DNA of 64,000 nt from an uncultured delta proteobacterium (GTDB taxonomy: Bacteria > Myxococcota > Myxococcia > Myxococcales > Myxococcaceae): contig CAVYSY010000032.1 in assembly GCA_963771175.1 (NCBI GenBank), positions 416,001-480,000 on the forward strand, in the 5' to 3' direction. The translations under genes and the position numbers were made by a program. The notes below the pieces were generated by a model, which saw only the letters and a program-made list of their open reading frames with translations, did not search any database and had not been told where the DNA came from. Shown piece after piece: positions 13,232 through 24,315 of this stretch (position 1 is its first letter; every line of letters starts with the position of its first letter).

Positions 13232-13392
13232 GTTCTTCCAGGGCTGTCCGCCTGACCTCGGCTGTAGGGTCCTCCGTGCCCTCCCCTCTCGGGGCGCCCG
13301 CGTCTCGCGGGTGTGCCCCCTGCGCACGGCGTGACCTGTCTGATAGGATGGACCGTTACCCCCCCTCGTAACCCCCCATCCCCCCAGATCGC

Positions 13393-14469
13393 ATGTCCGC
13401 TATCGCCGAGTTCATCCATACCTCCGAGGAGCTCCACCGCGGGCTCTCCCGGATCAGTGACGAGTTGCAGCAAGGCCTCCCGGAGCGCCTCGCGCGCTTC
13501 CCGAGAGATCCCCAGCAGCGCCAGGCCATGCAGGAAGAGCAGCGCGAGCTGCTGCACCGGCGCATCCCCGAGGTGACCGCCTGGCTGGACAGCATCTACG
13601 TCCGGCTCACGGAGCTGGACGCCAGCTTCACGGAAGAGGAGCGCGAGCGCGCGCTCGAGCACCACCACTCGGCCGTGCAGCCCTTCTTCCTGCAGTCCCC
13701 CTTCGTCCGGCGCGCCGTGGACAAGCCCCTGGGCTACCCCGGGGACTACGTGACGGTGGAGATGGTCTTCGGCAGCGAGGATCAGGGCGTCTCCACCCTG
13801 GCGCGGCTGCTCTCCCACTACGCGCTCAACTGCGGGCCGGCCCAGGCGCACCGGGCCCGGCCGCCCTGGCTGCTCGGCCACATGCGCCGGCGGGAGCAGG
13901 AGCTGGGACGCCCCCTGCGCATCATGTCCTTCGCGTGCGGGCCCGAGCACACCCTGCGCGAGCACACCTCCCTGGGGGGCACGGGCTCCTTCATCCTGTG
14001 CGACTTCGATCCCGCCCCGCTCGACTACTGCCGCCGGCAGTTCGAGAAGCTGGCGCGCATGCCCCGCGGGGGCGTCCCCTCTCCGCAGCTTCGCTTCGTC
14101 CAGCTCTCCACCTACCAGCTCATCCGCCAGCGGGACTCCCTGGACAAGCTCCGCCATCCCGACGGCCCCCTGGACGTGGTGGTGGCGGCGGGCATCCTCG
14201 ACTACCTGAAGGACAACGTCATCTCCCGCTTCCTGGACATGATGGCCTCGCTGCTCGGTCCCGGCGGGCTGCTGCTGCTCACCAACCTGCACGACCAGAA
14301 CCCCTGGCGGTCCTTCATGACGTACGTGGGCGACTGGAACGTGTACCACCGCTCGCGCGAGCAGTTCCAAGCGCTCTGTGAGGGCACCCCCGAGCGGAAG
14401 ATGGGCACGTTCGAGCTCACCACCGACCCGTCCGGCACCAACCTCTTCTGGGCCGGCCAGAAGCGCTGA
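13393..14469 (+). CDS. class I SAM-dependent methyltransferase, PhcB-like
   Basis: KPLGYPGDY, IMSFACGP (motif I variant), AAGILDYL, LGPGGLLLLTN and DWNVYHRS. Confidence 0.7.
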   Translation: MSAIAEFIHTSEELHRGLSRISDELQQGLPERLARFPRDPQQRQAMQEEQRELLHRRIPEVTAWLDSIYVRLTELDASFTEEERERALEHHHSAVQPFFLQSPFVRRAVDKPLGYPGDYVTVEMVFGSEDQGVSTLARLLSHYALNCGPAQAHRARPPWLLGHMRRREQELGRPLRIMSFACGPEHTLREHTSLGGTGSFILCDFDPAPLDYCRRQFEKLARMPRGGVPSPQLRFVQLSTYQLIRQRDSLDKLRHPDGPLDVVVAAGILDYLKDNVISRFLDMMASLLGPGGLLLLTNLHDQNPWRSFMTYVGDWNVYHRSREQFQALCEGTPERKMGTFELTTDPSGTNLFWAGQKR

Positions 14470-14487
14470 GCCACGCCGGGAAGGCGA

Positions 14488-15073
14488 TCACCACTCCAGC
14501 AGGTACTCGGCGTGGTCCAGGGCGATCGCCTTCCCCGTCACCTTGCCGCTGCCACACAGCACGCGAAGGACCTCGGAGAGGCTGCCCTCGTGGAACTGCA
14601 CGGGCTGCATGTCCCCGCGGAAGATGACGAGCCCCCGGTTGCTCCCGAGGTCCTGGAACTCGCGCGTGCCGTAGCTCACCAGCGTCGAGTACACCGTCCC
14701 CACCGTGGAGAGGGCCCGCCGGGGCTCTCCCATGCCGATGAGCTTCATCAGCGTGTTGCCCACGTAGGAGTTGAAGAAGCCCGTCACCGTGGAGAGCCCC
14801 ACAGGCCCGGAAGGCATCCTCCACGCTGGGGTACTGCGGCTCCAGCACGTCCGCGGCCGTGTAGAGCAGCCGCAGGAAGTCCGCCACCGGGTAGGAGAAG
14901 AAGTCCACCGGCATCTTCGCGCCCCGAAGCTGCAGCAGGATGCGATCCACGCCCGCGGTGCCCGTGCGCTGCTCCACCAGCCCGTACACGGACTTGAAGA
15001 TGAAGCCTCGGACGGTGTCCTCGGGCTTGCAGATCGCAATCCGCTGAGCGAGTTCGTTCTTGTCGCTGGGCAT
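14488..15073 (-). CDS. DUF2378 / TIGR02265 Myxococcales-restricted protein (one +1 frameshift near 14800)
   Basis: N-half DTVRGFIF...VDFFSYPVADFLRLL and C-half VSYGTRE...FHEG...YLLEW lie in adjacent frames, joined at a G-run. Confidence 0.8.
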
Positions 15074-15345
15074 GAAGGAACCTTCCGGGTTCCGAGTGGG
15101 GGGCAGAACCTGGGTGCTCCTGCTTCCTACCAGAGTCCTCGCCCGATCGGCAGGACTCTACACACCCTATCCTCGTGCGCCACGAGGCATGTCCGCCCCC
15201 ATGGCGTGCACTCGCGGCTCCCGAGTGCCCGCTCGCCCTGGGAGCACGCGTTTTTCTTTCGGTGCGAGCGGGTTGCCCGACGGGATACCCTAGCGAGCCC
15301 ATCTGTTCTCTTGGGTCAACCTGATTTCCTCGAAGAGCGCCCCGA

Positions 15346-17862
15346 ATGTCCAACCTCGCCCCCATCGCCGATCTGCCGCACACCTCCGCGTCCGACACAC
15401 ACGACACGGGGCGTGAGCCCAGCCGCACCGGGTTGGATCCGCACAACGTCCGCCACGGCTTTCTCCAGCATGTGCGCTACTCGCGCGGCAAGAACCCGGA
15501 GACGGCCACCGCCCACGACCGCTTCATGGCCCTGGCGCTCGCTGTGCGCGACCGGCTCGCCGACCGCTGGGTCCGCACCGCGCGCACCTACTACGAGCAG
15601 GACGTCAAGCGCGCCTACTACCTCAGCGCCGAGTACCTATTAGGTCGTGCGCTGGGCAACAACCTCATCAACATCGGCATGTACGAGGCCGCCGAGCAGG
15701 CCATGCGCGAGGTGGGCGTGGACCTGAGCACGCTCGTCGAGATGGAGCCGGACGCGGGCCTCGGCAACGGTGGCCTGGGGCGGCTCGCGGCGTGCTTCCT
15801 CGACTCGCTGGCCACGCTCGGCTACCCCGGCACGGGGTACGGCATCCGCTACGAGTTCGGCATCTTCACCCAGGACATCGTCGACGGCTACCAGGTGGAG
15901 CGCGCCGACGAGTGGCTGAAGTTCGGCAACCCCTGGGAGATCGTCCGGCCGGAGAAGGCGGTGCCGGTGCGCTTCTTCGGGCGCGTGGAGCACCACCAGG
16001 GCGCCGACGGCCGGCCCGTGGCTCGCTGGGTGGGCGGCAAGACGGTCATCGGCGTGCCCTACGACACGCCCATCGCCGGCTACGGCAACAACACCGTCAA
16101 CACCCTGCGGCTGTGGCAGGCGCGCGCCAGCGAGGAGTTCGACCTGCTGCTCTTCAACGCCGGTGACTACGAGCGCTCGGTGGTGGAGAAGAACGACTCG
16201 GAGGTCATCTCCAAGGTCCTCTACCCCAACGACGCCTTCCAGGCCGGCAAGGAGCTGCGCCTCAAGCAGCAGTACTTCTTCGTGGCCTGCTCCATCGCGG
16301 ACATCGTCCGGCGCTACCTGAAGAAACACACGGACTTCCGCGACTTCCCCAACAAGGCGGCCATCCAGCTCAACGACACCCACCCGGCCATCGCCGTGGC
16401 CGAGCTGATGCGCGTGTTCGTGGACGAGAAGCGCCTCAACTGGGACGAGGCCTTCGCGATCACCCAGGCCACCTTCGGCTACACCAACCACACGCTCCTG
16501 GCCGAGGCCATGGAGAAGTGGCCCGCCACGCTCTTCGAGCGCCTGCTGCCGCGCCACCTGGAAATCATCTACGAGATCAACCACCGCTTCCTGCGGCAGG
16601 TGCAGATCCGCTACCCGTTCGATCATGACCGGATGCGGCGGCTGAGCCTGGTGGAGGAGGGCCCGGAGAAGAAGATCCGCATGGCGCACCTGGCGGTGGT
16701 GGGCAGCCACAGCGTCAACGGCGTGGCCGAGCTGCACACCGACCTGCTGCGGCGCGACGTGCTGTCGGACTTCGCGGAGCTGTACCCCGAGCGGTTCAAC
16801 AACAAGACCAACGGGGTGACGCCGCGGCGCTGGCTGGCGTGGTGCAACCCGCGGCTGTCCAAGCTGATCACCAGCCGCATCGGTGGCGGCTGGGCGACGG
16901 ACCTGGATCAGCTCCAGAAGCTGGCGCCGCACGCGGAGGACCCCGCGTTCCGCAAGGCCTTCGCCGAGGTGAAGAAGCAGAACAAGGAGGACCTCTCGCG
17001 CTACCTGAGGGACCTCTGCTGGGTGGACCTGAACCCGAACGCCATCTTCGACGTGCAGATCAAGCGTCTGCACGAGTACAAGCGCCAGCTCCTCAACGCG
17101 GTGCACATCGTGTCGCTGTGGATGAAGGCGCGCAGGGACCCCGCCACCATCATCGCGCCGCGGGTGTTCCTCTTCGGGGCCAAGGCGGCGCCGGGCTACG
17201 TCGAGGCCAAGCTCATCATCCGCCTCATCAACGGCATCGCCGAGGTGGTCAACAGCGACGCGGGCACCACGGGCCTGCAGGTGCTGTTCGTCCCCAACTA
17301 CCGGGTGAGCCTCGCCGAGCGCATCATCCCGGCCACCGACGTGTCCGAGCAGATTTCGACCGCGGGCATGGAGGCCTCCGGCACGGGCAACATGAAGTTC
17401 ATGATGAACGGCGCGCTCACGCTGGGCACGCTGGACGGAGCGAACGTCGAAATCCGCCAGGCGGTGGGCGACGACAACTTCTTCCTCTTCGGCCTCACGG
17501 CGGACGAGGTCATCGCCCGCAAGCGCGCCGGCTACCGGCCGCGTGAGGAGTACGAGCGCAACGTCGAGCTGCGCGAGGCGCTGGATCTCATCTCCTCGGG
17601 CTTCTTCTCGCCGGAGGACAAGAACCTCTTCAAGCCGCTGGTGGACGGCCTGCTGAACGAGGACCGCTACCTCGTGCTGGCGGACTTCGCCTCGTACGCG
17701 GCGAAGCAGGAGGAGGTGGCGCGGGCCTACAAGGACCAGGAGACCTGGACGCGCAAGACCATCCTCAACGTGGCGCAGTCGGGCATCTTCTCCTCGGACC
17801 GCACCATCAAGCAGTACGCCGAGGAGATCTGGCAGGTGAAGCAGACGCCCGTGGGGCAGTGA
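15346..17862 (+). CDS. glgP: glycogen/starch/alpha-glucan phosphorylase
   Basis: GLGNGGLGRLAACFLDS, QLNDTHP, QIKRLHEYKRQ and EASGTGNMKF (PLP lysine). Confidence 0.97.
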   Translation: MSNLAPIADLPHTSASDTHDTGREPSRTGLDPHNVRHGFLQHVRYSRGKNPETATAHDRFMALALAVRDRLADRWVRTARTYYEQDVKRAYYLSAEYLLGRALGNNLINIGMYEAAEQAMREVGVDLSTLVEMEPDAGLGNGGLGRLAACFLDSLATLGYPGTGYGIRYEFGIFTQDIVDGYQVERADEWLKFGNPWEIVRPEKAVPVRFFGRVEHHQGADGRPVARWVGGKTVIGVPYDTPIAGYGNNTVNTLRLWQARASEEFDLLLFNAGDYERSVVEKNDSEVISKVLYPNDAFQAGKELRLKQQYFFVACSIADIVRRYLKKHTDFRDFPNKAAIQLNDTHPAIAVAELMRVFVDEKRLNWDEAFAITQATFGYTNHTLLAEAMEKWPATLFERLLPRHLEIIYEINHRFLRQVQIRYPFDHDRMRRLSLVEEGPEKKIRMAHLAVVGSHSVNGVAELHTDLLRRDVLSDFAELYPERFNNKTNGVTPRRWLAWCNPRLSKLITSRIGGGWATDLDQLQKLAPHAEDPAFRKAFAEVKKQNKEDLSRYLRDLCWVDLNPNAIFDVQIKRLHEYKRQLLNAVHIVSLWMKARRDPATIIAPRVFLFGAKAAPGYVEAKLIIRLINGIAEVVNSDAGTTGLQVLFVPNYRVSLAERIIPATDVSEQISTAGMEASGTGNMKFMMNGALTLGTLDGANVEIRQAVGDDNFFLFGLTADEVIARKRAGYRPREEYERNVELREALDLISSGFFSPEDKNLFKPLVDGLLNEDRYLVLADFASYAAKQEEVARAYKDQETWTRKTILNVAQSGIFSSDRTIKQYAEEIWQVKQTPVGQ

Positions 17863-17926
17863 GCCGCTGATACGCCGGGTGCCCGCGGTGCGCTGTCGCC
17901 GCGGGCCCCCTCCCCTCTCCGAGCGC

Positions 17927-18379
17927 TCAACCGGCCTTGATGCCGGGCAGCCCGAAGTGATGCCGGATGCGCTCGGCCTCGGAGCCGAGCCCGGCCTCCT
18001 CCAGCCTGGCCGTCACGAACCGCACGGCCGAGTCCATGTCGGCCACGGCGGCATACGGCATGGGCAGGGGCTTGAGGTAGAAGATGAGGCTCACCGCCAG
18101 CCGGATGGGCGCCGAGGTGAGGAGGTTGGCGCTGCCGAGCACCCACTCACGCAGGGCGGCCTCGTGCTGGCGGATCCACTCGGCCTGCATGTGGCGTTGG
18201 GCGGCCGAGGGCAGGCCGGCCTGACCCATGTCCGAGATGGTGACGTACTTCTCCCCTCGCTCCACGTAGTAGGTGGACCGGACGAGGTACTCCTCGAACT
18301 GCTTGTCCGTCATCGTGCCGGTTATCCGGAGCGTGAGCAGAGGCCAGAGCGAATCGTCGAAGGTAATGATGGCGCTCAT
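17927..18379 (-). CDS. hypothetical protein, STAS/SEC14 (SpoIIAA-like) myxobacterial family
   Basis: RBS AAGGAA then ATG 18379; FDDSLWPLL...PSAAQR...AEW pattern; 150 aa. Confidence 0.6.
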   Translation of the reverse strand: MSAIITFDDSLWPLLTLRITGTMTDKQFEEYLVRSTYYVERGEKYVTISDMGQAGLPSAAQRHMQAEWIRQHEAALREWVLGSANLLTSAPIRLAVSLIFYLKPLPMPYAAVADMDSAVRFVTARLEEAGLGSEAERIRHHFGLPGIKAG

Positions 18380-18448
18380 GCCAGATTCCTTTTCGTTCAA
18401 CCCGGCGAGCAGGCGCGGCCTTCCCGGTGACGGTGCGGGGCCCAAGAG

Positions 18449-18483
18449 AAGAGGCCGCCCCTGTGTGCCCGGGACGGCCTCTT
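18449..18483 (-). terminator. intrinsic terminator of the large surface-protein gene
   Basis: AAGAGGCCG...CGGCCTCTT stem followed on the minus strand by CTCTT, about 22 nt after the stop at 18506. Confidence 0.55.
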
Positions 18484-18505
18484 GGAGCTTCAGTGGGACG
18501 AGTGA

Positions 18506-21500
18506 CTACTGGGCTTCAATGGCGCTCGTGGAGCCCTGCGGCTGGCGCGCGGTGCGCGTGACGAAGTCCGTCGAGTTGTTGTCGCTGTCGTATCCGTTGC
18601 CGCTGTTGGCGTCGCCGCCACCCACCGCCATGGTCGTCGAGGTCGAGGTGGAGACCGCCTTGCGCTCGAGGCTGCCACCCGCGGCGGGGTGAGCAGGCGC
18701 CGCCGAGCCCTCGGGCGAGTTCCCGGTGCCGAAAGCCAGCTTGTCCACGGTCTTCGGGTCGTCGACGATGGTCCCGAGACCCGGGCCGATGCGGATGTGA
18801 CCGCCGCCCGTGGTCGACGCCGACGTGTCGAATATGTAGCTGACGTCCTTGGTCGCCGAACCACTGTAGTTCGCGCCCACGAGCAGGAAGTACCCCCTGG
18901 CCTTGATGATCGTCGACCCGGTGAGCACGGTGCTCGCGTTGATGGTGACCGAATTGCTGTAGGACGTGCCCGTGGCGGACTTGTACTGCACCGTCCACCC
19001 GTTCAGGTCCACCGGGCTGTTGGTCGGGTTGTACAGCTCGATGAACTCGTCCGTAGCGGCGGAACCGGAACCATTGCCTCCAGAGAACTCGCTGATGACC
19101 ACGTGGTTCGTCAGCTCGGGAGGGAAGACCGTCACGGTGCCGTAGTTGCCGGCCGGCGGAGTCACGGCCCCGCTCTGGTCGCAATACGTGTAGGGCGAGT
19201 AGGTGCCCGTGGCCGGATCCAGAATCCGGTAGCGGAACCCGTATTTGTACATGCCCGCGATGGGGATGCTCAGCGTCCCCTTCACCTCGTCGTCGTTGCT
19301 GGACGCGCTGGAGTAAGCGGCATTGGGGTTCGCCGACGTCCACGTCCAGCCCGCCGGGTTGGTGGCGTCCGTGCCGTAGCCCAGCTCGGCGAAGACATGC
19401 GGGTAGTGGTCGTTGCCCTTCGTGTTCCTGTCGGTGAGGCCCGGCTCGTAGAACTGGCTGAAGATGGTCCACGAGGAGCCGGGAAGAACGGAGGCCGGGT
19501 AGACTCCATCCCCCGACGGGAACGTCTTCGGGTACTGGATGGCGCAGTAGTCCACGGGCGCGCCGGGCGCGATGCCGCACGAGGAGTTGGTGGCGTTGGG
19601 CGTCCCGTAGTCGCCGCCCGAGAGCAGCGCCGTCAGCTCGGAGTCACACCAGTACCAGGAGCGCGCGTTGGCCCGCGTCCCCACCACGAGCGACGAGAGG
19701 TTCATCGCGCGGCCCGTCGTCTGCGGGAAGCTCGTGGTGTACGTGAAGTCCTCCACCATGGTGCCGCCACTGACGAGCTGGATCTGCCCCGACTTGTCCA
19801 GGTCGATGGCCGAGCCGTACGCGAAGTCGGCGGAGACGCCACCATTGGTGGCCAGGTCCTTGTTCTGCGCCAGGACGAAGGTGCCCTTGCCGGTGAGGAC
19901 CACCGGCACGCTGCCGGAGCCCACCGTGAAGGACCCCAGGGTGGTACCGACACTGGACCGGAAGAAGACCTCGAGGCCGTTGAGGTTGAGCAGGTTGCCC
20001 GTGTTGTTGGTCAGCTCGACGTACTCGGTGGTGCTGGACGAGGACGACGTGTGCATCACCTCGGAGACGCTCAGCGCGTTGGCGCTCGGCTTCGCCGCCG
20101 TGTCACAGGCGCCCATGAAGCAGACGGCGTCGGTGCCCGGACAGGCGGTGGTCGTCTGCGCCTCCTGGCAGGTGGCGGTGTTGCCCACGTCCACGCAGGT
20201 CGACGTGTAGGTGGTGCGCGAGACGCCGTCCGCGGCGCAGATGGGTGCGGTCGCCGTGCAGGTGTACCCGGCGCACGGGTCTACGTTGGTCTTCACGCTC
20301 AGCAGGGAGAGCACGCTCGCGTTACCGACGTCGTCCTTCACCCGCAGCGCGAGGTAGTACGTGGTGTCGGGGCTCAGCCCGGTGATGAGGCCCGAATACA
20401 TGACGCCCGACTCCAGCGGGATAACGGCCACCCCGCTGTCGGAGGCGGAGGCGAACGACGAGTCGTCGATGGGGCTCGTCGAGTAGCGCAGCTCGTAGCT
20501 GGTGGCGGCGCCGGCCATACCGTCATCACCCACGACGTTCCACTGCAGCTCCACCCGGATGCTCGTCTTGCTCACTTCGGAGAGCGACGGAGCGCTCGGC
20601 GCGACGCCATCCACGATGGAGAAGAGGACACTGGAGACGGGGTCGTACGCGCCCCCCGTGGCCTGGAGCTGGAAGCCCGAGCCCTGCTGGTCCACGGAAA
20701 GGGTGGAGAAGGTGGCGATGCCGCCCGAAGGGCTGACCGGCACCATGCCGCCGAGCACGGCCGCGGGGTTGTCGCCACCGACCAGGCTCAGGGAGATCTC
20801 CGGCAACGAGACGTCGACGACGTTGTCGAACAGGTCGGTGACGGCCACGGTCACCGTCCCCAGGGACGCACGCACCGTGGTGGGGCTCCCGGGCTGGCCG
20901 AGGAACGCGAGCTTCGCGGCCGGGCCGGCATTGACCCGGACGGAGGTCCCCGCCGCCAGGAGGGGGTTGGCCAGCTCCTTCACGGACACGGTCTGGTCAT
21001 CGACCTTGGCGGTCTTCAGCGTCACGGAGAAGGACTTGTGGCCGGAATCCCCGGTGACGAACGTGTAGTCGGCGGGGAGGACCGCCTTCGCGTCGCTCGA
21101 CTCGAAGTGGACCGTGCCCGTGTAACCGGTGGCCACGTTCCCGAAGTCGTCCTTCGCGGTCACGTCGACGATGAGCTCGGTGCCCGCGGTCACGGGCCCG
21201 GTGGGCGTCACCGTCATGACGAGCTGCATGGCGGAGGCGTGGGAGACCACCACCGTGTCGGAGCCACTCTTGCCCAGGGCCGAGTCCGTCACGGTGATCG
21301 TGGTGGACTCGGCCTTCTTCACCGTGAAGGAGAAGACGGCGCTGCCCTTGTCCCCCAGGGTGAACGCGTAGTCCGCCGGAACCGTGGCGCCAGTGGGGTT
21401 CGAGGAGAAGCCCACCGTGCCGGTGTAGTCCTCCACGACGTTGTCATGGGCATCGAGCGCGGTGACCTGAGCCGTGAACGGGTCGCCCGCCTTCGCGGAG

Positions 21501-24147
21501 GCCGGAGCATCCAGCAGGAAGCGCGCCAGCCCGGCCCACGTCACCGTGGTGCTGGCCGTGGCGGTGAACGTCGGCATGTCCTTGTCCTGCGACCGTCACG
21601 GAATGCGCGAGCGCGCGCGCCGTCACCAGCGTCACGGGGAACTCCTTGATGCCCATGTCGGCGGCCGTGAAGGTGTACTCGCCCGGCAGCGTGGCCTTGC
21701 CGTCCGTGGAGGTGAAGCGCACCGTGCCGGTGTAGCTGGTATCGCGCACGTCGAAGCCGTCGAGCGCCTCGACCGTTACCATGGGCGTCTCGCCCGCCTT
21801 CATCGTGGCCGGCAGGCCCGTCAGCACCAGCTTGCCCGGGGGCACGGGGGTCACCTCCACCGCCAGCGTGTTGCTCGTCAGGCCGTCAGCCGAGGACGCG
21901 GTGAGGGTCCGCGAGCCCGTGGTGCGCAGGATGACGTCGGCGAAGGTGTACTGCGCCTTGTCGGCGGCGGTGAAGGCGTGGGAGGCCGGCAGCGTGGCGC
22001 TGGTGTCATCGGAGGCGAGCGACACCGTTCCGGTGTAGCCCTCCGCGAGGTTGTCGTAGGGGTCCAGCACCGTCACCGTCACGCTGTTCTTGGTGGTGGC
22101 GACCACCGAGGCCGGGCCCGACAGCACCAGGCGCGAGGCCGGGGCGTGGGTGATGTTGAAGAAGTTGCTGGTGGCGGGGGTGAGCGGGGTGCCCTCGGTG
22201 GTGCTGGCGGTGGCCTCCAGGGAGTAGTCCTTGCCCGCCTTGTCGATCCGCACGGCATTGGCGCCATCGAACGTGGCCACGCCATTGTTGGCGGTCACGG
22301 TGAAGGGACCGAAGCCCGAGACGCCCTTCACCGTGAGCGTCACGGTGAAGTTCGCGTTGCCCACGATGCGCCCGGCCGCGTCCTGGATGGCCACCGTGAC
22401 GGGGGGGAGAGCTGCGGCGAGCCGGCCGTCCCGTTGCGCGGCTGCTCGACGAAGACGAGCTTGGAGGCCGTCGGGAAGGGCGTGGAGGCCGAGCGCGTGA
22501 CGCTCGCGGCGTTGCCGATGTTGTCCAGCACCTTCAGCTCCACGTAGTAGGTGGTACCGGGAATGAGGCCCGGGAGCGTCACCGACTCGATGCTCGTTGG
22601 CCGGCTTGGGCTGGCCCAGGCTCACCGGAATGGCCCCGATGAAGTCCGGCGCGGTGGAGTAGCGGAACTCGTAGCTGCTCGCCTGCCCGAGCAGCCCGTC
22701 ATCGCCAACCGCCTTCCAACCGACGGTGATGGAGTCGATGCCGTTGACCGTCAGGGTGAGGTCCGGCGCGGCGGGCGCCACGTTGTCGGTGATGGTGAAG
22801 GCGTTGCTGGGGGCGGGGGTCAGCCCGACGCCCGAGGCCGTCAGCACGTAGCCCGAGTCATCCTCGGCGATGGAGAGGCCCGAGAAGGTGGCCACGCCAT
22901 CCACCGGCGACACGGGGACGAGGCCCGTCAACGTCCCAGTGGCCTTGTTGAGGCCGAGCGTCACCACCGGAGCGCTGGCGGCCACCCGGTTTCCAAAGGT
23001 GTCCGTCAGCGCCACCTGCACGCCGAACGTCTGGCGGATGAGGCGGTCGGCCGGCTGCCCGATGAAGGCGAGCGTCGTGGCGGCGCCCGCGACCACGCCC
23101 ACCTCCTGGGTGGAGCCAAGGGTCGCATCGTTTGCGTCCTTCACCGTCACCTGGCGCAGGCCGGCCTGCTTCAGCACGAGCGCGCCGGTGAAGACGTGGC
23201 GGCCCGCGTCGGCCGCGGTGAAGACGTAGTCCGTCGGCAGCGTGGCCGAGCCATCATCGGAGGAGAAGCGCACGGTGCCGGTGTAGCCCGTCACCACGTT
23301 GCCGAAGGCGTCCAGCGCGGACACCTCGGGGCTGAGCGCGGCACCCGCCGTCACTGTGGCCGCCACCTGCGCCACCGCCAGCGTGGCGGGCGCGGCGGGC
23401 GCCACGTCGAAGGACTGGCTCGTCGTGCCCGTCAGCCCCTCGCCGCTCGCCACCAGGGTGTAGCCCCGCGCGGCCTTCTTCAGCACCAGCTCGGAGAAGC
23501 GCGCCACGCCGTTCACCGCCGCCACCGACACCGTCCCCTCCAGGGCGGCCGCCGCCGGGCCGGAGCCGAGCGCCACCGTCACGGTGTTCGTGGCCCCCGT
23601 CATCGTCTCGCCATCCCCGTTCTGGATGGTGACCTCGAAGGCCCCGAGCACCGCGCCGGCCGTGCCGGTCGTGGGCGCCTGGGTGAAGGCCAGCTTGGAG
23701 GCCGGCAGCACGATGAACTCGAGGGAGGGCCGCGACGTCAGCGTCACCGGGCCGCCCTCGGCCTCCACCGAGGCCGTCACCGTCTTGATGCCGGCGACGG
23801 TGGACGACACCTTGGCGAACGGCCACGCCCAACGCGTCGGTGGTGCCCGCGGGCTGCAGCACCGTGTTGCCCTCACCGGAGACCGTCACCTTCACGGTGC
23901 GGCCTTCCAGCGCCGTCCCGTCCGCCTTGCGCACCGTCACCTTGATGTCGACGATGTCCTTGCCGTTGGCCCGGATCGCCTGGGCCTTGCTGGCCTCCAC
24001 CGCCGAGCGGTCCGCGTCCGGCATCTCACGCGTAGCCGGGGGCGCAACCGGATCCGCGCCACAACCCGCACCACACCCAACGGACAGACCGAGCAACAGC
24101 ACGCTCCACGCGATCAATCGCGCGAACGTGGGGGGGCCATGCTTCAT
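18506..24147 (-). CDS. about 1880-aa surface (lipo)protein: Big_1/invasin-like domain, Ig-like repeats, two FN3, Cys-rich segment, two lamin-tail domains (at least 4 frameshifts)
   Basis: Signal peptide with Cys (SVGCGAGC), repeated DxFGNVxTGYTGTVxFxSxD units, WxxVGDDG...SYExRYST FN3, and LTD motifs VSEVM...EYVELTN and VVISEF...DEFIELYNPT. Pieces are ORFs 23254-24222, 21444-23876, 22340-22582 and 18506-21577. Confidence 0.8.
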
Positions 24148-24200
24148 GAACAGCTCCAGGCAGGGGAAACCGCCCTCGCCCGCAGGCGGAGGGACAAGAA

Positions 24201-24291
24201 CGAAGTGTCTTTTAACAGACACTTCGCCCCTGGAGAAACCCGAGGCCCGGAGACACGGCCTCCCTACCTTTGACTCACAACCAATTGAGTC
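24201..24291. promoter_or_regulatory. cluster of inverted repeats upstream of the surface-protein gene
   Basis: CGAAGTGTCT-N6-AGACACTTCG (24201-24226), GAGGCC-N9-GGCCTC (24242-24262), GACTCA-N8-TGAGTC (24272-24291). Confidence 0.45.
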
Positions 24292-24315
24292 CCAACAGAA
24301 GGCCGCTCGACCGCT

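Noticed and set aside
15204..15260. Hairpin plus T-run upstream of glgP as an attenuator/riboswitch
   Set aside because: The stem is imperfect and has no recognisable aptamer; it cannot be distinguished from chance.
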